From contig CAZSWP010000037.1 of the NCBI GenBank assembly GCA_964610875.1, positions 1 to 36,072 on the forward strand: a DNA stretch of 36,072 bases. The letters run 5' to 3'. The position numbers and the translations under genes were made by a program. Under the pieces are notes generated by a model. It searched no databases. It saw only the letters and a list, made by a program, of their open reading frames with translations, and was not told the DNA's origin. Below are positions 30,264 through 36,072 of this stretch, piece after piece; positions within the stretch are counted from its first letter, which is position 1; each line of letters begins with the position of its first letter. The DNA is from an uncultured archaeon. GTDB taxonomy: Archaea; Asgardarchaeota; Thorarchaeia; Thorarchaeales; Thorarchaeaceae.

Positions 30264-30788
30264 TTGCCAATCCTTCCATTTGGAGATCATAATCCACGAA
30301 TTGATTCAAAAGCCTATGTGAGTGCACAAGCAACAATAGTAGGCAATGTAGAAATTGGAGAGAATGCCAGTGTATGGCCAGGTGCTGTTATTCGAGGCGA
30401 TATCGCATCTGTTAGAATAGGTAATGGAAGTTGTATCCAAGACAGTGTTGTCGTTCATGCGCATACCGAAGAGAACCCGACCATTATCGGTAACAAGACT
30501 GTCATTGGAACCGCTTCAGTGATACATGGTGTTTATGTTGGGGATTCTGTGAACATCGGTGAAGGCAGCGTTGTCTATGATGGTGCTACTCTTGGAGAAG
30601 GTGTTATGCTTGCCCCAGGCAGCATTGTTCCTGCGAACGTTGTTATCCCTCCGAGAAGTCTTAATTCAGGGGTGCCTGCAGCTCAGATCAGAGAGTTGTC
30701 AAGAGAGGAAGTAGAGAAGCATACAGCCCGTGCCGATGCAATTGCAGATGTATTTCGAAAATTGAAACGCTGGCAATTCACAGTATGA
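30264..30788 (+). CDS. Gamma carbonic anhydrase-like hexapeptide-repeat protein
   Basis: Left-handed beta-helix repeats with VIRGD, IQD, IHG and GVPA motifs. GAGGTG RBS. Confidence 0.88.
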   Translation: MPILPFGDHNPRIDSKAYVSAQATIVGNVEIGENASVWPGAVIRGDIASVRIGNGSCIQDSVVVHAHTEENPTIIGNKTVIGTASVIHGVYVGDSVNIGEGSVVYDGATLGEGVMLAPGSIVPANVVIPPRSLNSGVPAAQIRELSREEVEKHTARADAIADVFRKLKRWQFTV

Positions 30789-30789
30789 C

Positions 30790-31923
30790 CTACATCGTTT
30801 CTTTTGCTAAGGAAGTCAATCTTTTGCATCCATTAGAAGTGACCTGCAAAACATCTGATATTCTTGTAGTGCCTGCATTCTTTGAATAGCATGTTGGGTG
30901 AAGTGAAATCACCATGTCCTCACGAAGAATTACATCACTTCCAGAGGAGAGAGATGGTGGTTCCTGCAAGTCCAGACCAATTCCATTTCCAACTGGTTGG
31001 ATGAGCATTTTACAACAATCATCTCCAGCTTCAGACATAACAGAGTCCATGATTTCTCCGATGGAAGCATTAGGCGTCAGGTTTTCCTCAAGTCCATCTG
31101 CCACGGTAAGATTACACTCAAACAAAGCCCGTTGTTCTTTGTTGGGAGAGCTGGTCTGGATAGTTCGAGCCACCTCTGCAAAGTAACCGTCCTGACTGAC
31201 TGTGATATCAACGACCACAGGTTCATCGTTCGATATTCGATGCGTGCTTGGTTGTGCAAAAGGAAACTTGGCGGAAGTACCGGTAAGTATCGCAGCACGT
31301 ATTCCACGAAGTTGTCCACCAGCAGCTCTCATTGCAGATTCAATCTCGATTGAAGCTTCAACTTCTGTTTTTCCGGGGTAGACCACCTCTAGTGCTGTTC
31401 TTACGCCGATTTCAGCAATCTTTGTAGCTTCACTGATTGCTGCTATCTCAGTTGGACCTTTTATCTGTCGTAGTCGCCAGAGTTGACTGGAAAAGTCTTT
31501 GAAACCAGCATTGGGTAACGCGGTCTTGAGACGTTCAAAGTCTCTTACAGCGAGCCATTCTAGTTGCAGTCCCAGCATTCCATTCTGTATACCATCCTCC
31601 ATAATGACATCCAGTAATTTTTTCCAAAACGATTCAGAATGAGAAGGATGTCGAGAACCAGAAGCATCCTCAGAGAATTGTACAATCTTCGACATGAAAT
31701 TCTCCTTTAGAATAGCTTCATACTGGAGCTCTGAGAGAAGAAGAGTGGGTTGTTGACCAAGTGAGAGAAGACATCCTACTGGAATATCATGAAGGGGATT
31801 ATAATATCCAGTAAGATAATGGACATCCTGTGATCTTGTTACAAGAAGTGCATCAAGGTCATCACGACGCATCTTTCGATACACTTTCTCAAGTCGTTGT
31901 GGAGTAAACTGCATGACAGACAT
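30790..31923 (-). CDS. M24 (Xaa-Pro peptidase/creatinase) fold protein, metal ligands degenerate
   Basis: Creatinase-N domain (YLTGY), LRQIK..EI, GYFAEVART and GNGIGLDLQEPP motifs. Confidence 0.85.
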   Translation of the reverse strand: MSVMQFTPQRLEKVYRKMRRDDLDALLVTRSQDVHYLTGYYNPLHDIPVGCLLSLGQQPTLLLSELQYEAILKENFMSKIVQFSEDASGSRHPSHSESFWKKLLDVIMEDGIQNGMLGLQLEWLAVRDFERLKTALPNAGFKDFSSQLWRLRQIKGPTEIAAISEATKIAEIGVRTALEVVYPGKTEVEASIEIESAMRAAGGQLRGIRAAILTGTSAKFPFAQPSTHRISNDEPVVVDITVSQDGYFAEVARTIQTSSPNKEQRALFECNLTVADGLEENLTPNASIGEIMDSVMSEAGDDCCKMLIQPVGNGIGLDLQEPPSLSSGSDVILREDMVISLHPTCYSKNAGTTRISDVLQVTSNGCKRLTSLAKETM

Positions 31924-32047
31924 CTCTGGACAGGTAAATCACTGGGATTCAATGATTAAGTGCATGGGTTGTCGAAGTCACACCTCATTTAAGCTTCTCG
32001 CCGATGTAATTCAACTAACTTATCGTCGTAAATACTGAAGAAATTAA

Positions 32048-32096
32048 TGGCGGGACCGCCCAGATTCGAACTGGGGAAAACCGACTCCGCAGGCTG
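32048..32096 (-). tRNA. 3' half of tRNA-Arg(GCG), a fragment and probable att-site duplication
   Basis: Minus strand reads CAGC-CTGCGGA-GTCGG-TTTTC-CCCAG-TTCGAAT-CTGGG-CGGTCCC-G-CCA (anticodon loop, T arm, acceptor 3' strand, CCA). No D arm or 5' acceptor strand adjacent. Confidence 0.85.
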
Positions 32097-32123
32097 CACT
32101 ATGAACAATAATAATATGTTTCA

Positions 32124-32751
32124 ATGAATTCCACAATTGAGGTTTTGTTAGTGGCGGAGGATGAAAATATAGACGTAATACATATCAATCCTAAGAACAG
32201 AGTTCTAGAATTCATCCTAGTCATTGTAAATTCATTATTTATGGCGTTCTTAGTCAATCAACTAAGTGGGATTATCGACTCAATTGGTAGGAACCAATTT
32301 AGCTATGATGCACTCTATATTGGTAATTCTGATTCACGTGAATTCAGTCCAGATACCACGAGCTATAAGAGTTAGAGATATCGGTTCAGAACACTGAAGT
32401 GGATTCAGTATTTTTGGTAAAGGTATCGATATAACAATATCATATGAAAGCGCAAGAACAGTGCTTCCAGAACAACTAGATTTGACCATAATCAACACTA
32501 ACAAAAATACAAAAAGAATAATGATTAATCAACTAGAATTAACTGCAATAGTCAAAGTAACCATTTTTGGTTTTCTCCGTTTTAGAGAAGAATTCCAGAG
32601 GCTGATAAAATGGGTAGAAAGTTTTGTCAATAAATTAATTTCGGATTACAATTGGTACAAGTTCAGAACACAGAATGGAATTACTAGTTACAGATTAATC
32701 AATATTGAACATAAATGTGCCAAGCTAGAGAGAAAACAGAATAGTGAGTGA
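32124..32751 (+). pseudogene. Possible decayed gene (two short AT-rich ORFs in different frames)
   Basis: ORFs 32124..32375 (one hydrophobic stretch) and 32461..32751. No recognisable motifs. Confidence 0.25.
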
Positions 32752-32941
32752 AATCTCCATCCAGAAATACGAATTCGTACAAATATAATACACTACTATA
32801 CCATTTGAAACACTTTTTATTGAGAGAATTGAATCGTATTTTCGGATGGTTATCTTCAGCAATTTCATCATTCTTTTTGGACCTCTCTCAGGCTTTTGAA
32901 ATAGATAGTAAATAATAGTTCCATTCATTGTAACACAAAAA

Positions 32942-33414
32942 GGCACCAGCCTGCGGATGACCTATTTCTAAATAGTGAGTGAACCTCAACTGATTGAAAC
33001 TTCTGTGTTCCACCCTTCTCTTGCCAGTGTCGCCACCACTCAGCAATCCAGAAGATATGCCAAGATTAGCAAGAACTTTGTCTGTCATCATTGAGATGGA
33101 ATCCCTCCTACAGACCGGGCTTCTTTCTCCTGTTTTAGTACTGGTTCATCACTACCAGTGACAGAGAGATTTTCCACAGTTTTTCCCACGGCAGGGTCAT
33201 CATCACCCACCCCAGCATCATCACTGAAACTGAGAAGACTCATCTGAGCATGGTGAACGGCCGCGGACTCTCCAGAATTTGATATTAATTCCTTTTCGGA
33301 GAGTAAGGACTTCCCTTGAGAAGGCTTCTTCTCTTGGGCTTTCGGTCGTGTGCTTCGTGCAATAGCACTAGCCCACTTACCTAGTCCTCTCACAGAGTGT
33401 AATGACTTTGTGAG
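32942..33414 (-). ncRNA. Candidate omegaRNA overlapping the tnpB 3' end
   Basis: Hairpins at 33389-33414, 33318-33333, 33267-33304 and 33140-33159 lie downstream of RuvC-III. T5 run at 32937-32941. Boundaries are inferred. Confidence 0.5.
32970..32993 (-). repeat. 24-bp imperfect inverted repeat, copy downstream of tnpB
   Basis: Minus strand TCAGTTGAGGTTCACTCACTATTT versus plus strand 34804-34827 TCAGTTGAGTTCACTCTCCTATTT. Confidence 0.8.
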
Positions 33415-34758
33415 CATAAGAAATCGTGCTGCGATATTGATACTACCATTTCTGTCTGCATTGGTTTTCAGCCCACAACTTGGGCAATGAAAATAGTTTT
33501 GCTTTGGTCTCTTACCCTTAGCACCACATTTCCAACATATGATAGAGGTCCATGCTTCAGGTACTGCCTTACAACGGGCATTCTTCCCATCAACCTTCCA
33601 ACCAAGCTGAGCCAGCCCATGTTTCAAACTCTCCGTTACTCGCGAATAAGCCCAAGAATGTATCATCCCTCTGAACCTGCGCGATTGGTAGTTTCCTCTC
33701 TTGGCACGTATTCGAATATTTTTCAGGCGACCAATGGCAACATAGAGTGTGTATTTTTCAGACAACTCCGATATGTAATCAAGAAGATTACGAACTAGAA
33801 CACGATCGTATTCTTTAGCAATGTTCTCTCTTTTTGACCTTATCCTGCGAAGTTTCTTTGCAACCATATCATGAAGCTGTCCGTTATTCTGTCGATTATG
33901 CATCTCTCTCTGCAGGTCCGAAAAGAGTCTGTCATATCGCTTGATGATTTTGACCTTCTCTTTTTGTATAAAGTACTTGGTCTCTCTAACTTTTTGTGGA
34001 GTAAGAAGTGTTGAACAGGCTGCTTTCTCAATCCCAAGGTCAATACCAAGAACTGCAACCGGAAGATTGGTTTCGGGCGGTTCATCGATATTGATACGGA
34101 CTGCGAAGCTGACCCACCACTTGCGTCTTTTATCAGTAAAAATCTGAAGTGCCTTTATCTCTCCGCGTTCTATTTGATTCAGATGATAGGGGGACATCTT
34201 TAGAGGAATCATCAATCGGTCATGATGTGCTCTTTGTTCCTTTGCAGAATCAAGAGCATCACGAAGGTCTATCCACCAACGGACAACAGATGTCTTTTTC
34301 TCAATGATGTTGAATCTTTGAGAGAACACCCATCGAAGAATTCGTCGAGAACTTGTGATGGTTGTAGGACGTGAAGCAGTAAAACCTCTCTTCATTCTTA
34401 GTTTGAGATAACTCTCATAGAGAGCAACAGCTGTCTGTCGACACTCAGTCATCTCATTCTGAGAGATACGAGGAAAACGGACCTTGAAATCGTGGAGCAC
34501 ACTGGTTCTCGGTTCCACACCTGACTTCACCTTGAGTGCGGTCATTGTCAGCTGGTCAACCTTACCATCACTAATTCGGTCTTTTTTCTTGCCTGTCAAC
34601 AGTTCATCTTCATGTTGTTCAATTATTCCAAGAAATGCACGTATTACTCTGGTATCTCGTCCAACAGTCTGCCTAAGCCTTTGCCTTGTCCTTTTTGTCA
34701 TGGATTCCCAGTTGATTGGAACCTTCACCGCGATTGTCACACCCTTGGACCGAGCCAT
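33088..34758 (-). CDS. tnpB: TnpB-family RNA-guided endonuclease with rearranged RuvC-II
   Basis: RuvC-I LGIDLG (D240), AIGRL (G343 at the usual Glu), VPEAWTS (E401), CWKC/CPSC zinc finger, RuvC-III NADRNGSINIA (D435). Confidence 0.92.
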   Translation of the reverse strand: MARSKGVTIAVKVPINWESMTKRTRQRLRQTVGRDTRVIRAFLGIIEQHEDELLTGKKKDRISDGKVDQLTMTALKVKSGVEPRTSVLHDFKVRFPRISQNEMTECRQTAVALYESYLKLRMKRGFTASRPTTITSSRRILRWVFSQRFNIIEKKTSVVRWWIDLRDALDSAKEQRAHHDRLMIPLKMSPYHLNQIERGEIKALQIFTDKRRKWWVSFAVRINIDEPPETNLPVAVLGIDLGIEKAACSTLLTPQKVRETKYFIQKEKVKIIKRYDRLFSDLQREMHNRQNNGQLHDMVAKKLRRIRSKRENIAKEYDRVLVRNLLDYISELSEKYTLYVAIGRLKNIRIRAKRGNYQSRRFRGMIHSWAYSRVTESLKHGLAQLGWKVDGKNARCKAVPEAWTSIICWKCGAKGKRPKQNYFHCPSCGLKTNADRNGSINIAARFLMLTKSLHSVRGLGKWASAIARSTRPKAQEKKPSQGKSLLSEKELISNSGESAAVHHAQMSLLSFSDDAGVGDDDPAVGKTVENLSVTGSDEPVLKQEKEARSVGGIPSQ

Positions 34759-34772
34759 TGTCTTTCGCCTGA

Positions 34773-34786
34773 TTCTATATAAAGTT
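34773..34786 (-). promoter_or_regulatory. TATA box of tnpB, probably a leaderless or short-leader transcript
   Basis: Minus strand AACTTTATATAGAA, with TTTATATA about 18-25 nt upstream of the ATG. Identical 14-mer at 34870-34883. Confidence 0.6.
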
Positions 34787-34803
34787 CTGACCCGTTTCTT
34801 GAG

Positions 34804-34827
34804 TCAGTTGAGTTCACTCTCCTATTT
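34804..34827 (+). repeat. 24-bp imperfect inverted repeat, copy upstream of tnpB
   Basis: Partner of 32970-32993; 22 of 25 aligned columns are identical. Confidence 0.8.
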
Positions 34828-35004
34828 GTACGTAGAGAGTCTTTTGAACTCGTATTAGAGTCATCATATTTCTATATAAAGTTATTAAGATAAAATATCA
34901 AATAATATTTTGATTTTAGTTAGATTGTTTCTAGCTCAAATATTTTCCAATAAATTAATTTAGATAAATGTTTTAAATACCCAGCAAAACAGGAGATAAT
35001 TACT

Positions 35005-36072
35005 GTGTGGGAAGTGGGAAGACCTGAGAAAGGCTATCCAAAACACCCAAACAGAATACTCTACAATGCAATCAAGACAGGACTATCTACAACGATATTG
35101 CTTCAGAGAGAGATTGTATCGAAGGCAGGTAATCATCTCTATGAAGGATCAAAAGAGAACTGGGAAAGAGCAAAGATTCAGTACAGATACTCAGTGGAAA
35201 GAGGGGACCCAGACTTCACAATACTGACGAAATCTGAGAATAACATCCGGAAAAATCTGTACAGAATTCTAGTTGAACGTGCTGCGGCGTTTGGTATCCT
35301 TGAATCCGTCCGTGTGACAAACAGATACGAGAGTCTAGGTCCACTGAATCAACGTCTTAATATTATTGGAGCTGTGCTTCGTTTCCTTGGGATGAGCCAA
35401 TATGGTTTCATAGAAATGCAACAGCTAGTCCACAATGGCGAATTGGTCAAGGGTTTTGCTGCAAATTCGTATGCACCTCAAGTCATTCCAATTCATAATC
35501 TTCCAGAACTGGACTTCATTGATTCCTGTAGGTCACCGCTTCAGACACTTGCAATGCATTGCACTATCTTTGATGTGCCGCATACTGATACCAAGAGATA
35601 TGCCAATCTTTACATGCTCAAAATGTCACCATATCTAGACTATGTGTATACAGAACACGCAATAGGAGAACCTGGACTGAACAGGAAACTGATCTCTATT
35701 CTGAGAGAACTGAAAAATGATATTGCTGACCACTTTAGTACATGCCTATACCAAAATGATACAGTCACTGGCAAACAATCGTTTCCAACTCCTAAGTTCG
35801 AGAAGGAATTCTTTGAAACGCAATTACTAGAAGCTCAGCGTGCCGGTGTGCATCCTCTAGCACTCACGGAGTTCGAACGAATATTCACAGGCGGTTCAGT
35901 AGTCACTAAGACTGATAAAATAGAAGACGGGAAGATCGAGGAACATCCAGCTCCATGCTTAGTAGAAGAAGATGTCAAGCATCTATGGTCATTAATGTCC
36001 CAGAGTAGCATACGTATGGGTTCGCATATTCATCATCGACTCTCTCGCCATCTTCCAACCTACCGCAGCATC
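35005..36072 (+). CDS. Hypothetical protein, truncated by the window end (absent from the ORF track)
   Basis: GTG at 35005 with AGGAG at 34991 and TTTAAATA at 34972. 356 codons with no stop (MWEVGRPEKGYPKHPNRILYNAIK...SIRMGSHIHHRLSRHLPTYRSI). Confidence 0.8.
   Translation, partial: MWEVGRPEKGYPKHPNRILYNAIKTGLSTTILLQREIVSKAGNHLYEGSKENWERAKIQYRYSVERGDPDFTILTKSENNIRKNLYRILVERAAAFGILESVRVTNRYESLGPLNQRLNIIGAVLRFLGMSQYGFIEMQQLVHNGELVKGFAANSYAPQVIPIHNLPELDFIDSCRSPLQTLAMHCTIFDVPHTDTKRYANLYMLKMSPYLDYVYTEHAIGEPGLNRKLISILRELKNDIADHFSTCLYQNDTVTGKQSFPTPKFEKEFFETQLLEAQRAGVHPLALTEFERIFTGGSVVTKTDKIEDGKIEEHPAPCLVEEDVKHLWSLMSQSSIRMGSHIHHRLSRHLPTYRSI

Larger units (their letters stand above)
32048..36072. mobile_element. 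Left part of a putative genomic island integrated at tRNA-Arg(GCG)
   Basis: Starts at a tRNA 3' fragment, followed by an abrupt shift to AT-rich low-coding DNA, tnpB and an orphan ORF. No integrase in the window. Confidence 0.55.

Noticed and set aside
32048-32130. Complete tRNA gene, with or without a canonical intron
   Set aside because: No D arm or GGGACCG 5' acceptor strand upstream, and the break is not at position 37/38.
32725-33091. Minus-strand ORFs 32888..33091 and 32725..32946
   Set aside because: Short and motif-less. They overlap the predicted omegaRNA end and AT-rich flank.
33088-34758. Catalytically dead TnpB (TldR-like)
   Set aside because: Loss of the canonical Glu is accompanied by the displaced VxExxTS Glu, and both Asp residues are retained.
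34891-34918. AT-only palindrome AAAATAT-N6-ATATTTT
   Set aside because: Expected by chance in this very AT-rich spacer.
32900-35000. CRISPR array or Cas12 assignment for the RuvC protein
   Set aside because: No regularly spaced direct repeats and no cas1/cas2 in the window.
35435-35638. 67-aa ORF in the track
   Set aside because: Out-of-frame overlap inside the much longer ORF starting at 35005.

Overview
Archaeal chromosomal window, probably from an Asgard archaeon such as Thorarchaeia. The taxonomy is inferred from PolB1, ArcS/RaSEA, an IFT52-like protein and promoter style, and is not proven. Bases 1-32000 are a dense core region: alpha/beta hydrolase, orphan DNA methyltransferase, class-III aminotransferase flanked by paralogous small membrane proteins, polB1, a nurA-herA-mre11-rad50 operon, archaeosine genes (arcS, RaSEA), an Hrq1/MrfA helicase, two thioredoxins, several metal-site-degenerate enzymes, and two proteins resembling eukaryotic trafficking domains (IFT52 GIFT domain, mu-homology domain). 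A 3' half of tRNA-Arg(GCG) at 32048-32096 marks the probable border of an integrated element that runs off the window. The most interesting locus lies inside it: a solo 556-aa TnpB with a Fanzor-type rearranged RuvC site and a hairpin-rich 3' region (candidate omegaRNA). It is bracketed by a 24-bp inverted repeat whose upstream copy is beside its own promoter, and its 3' flank ends in a 16-nt segment antisense to a tRNA-Arg anticodon arm followed by a T run. All family calls come from motif recognition by eye; no searches were run.
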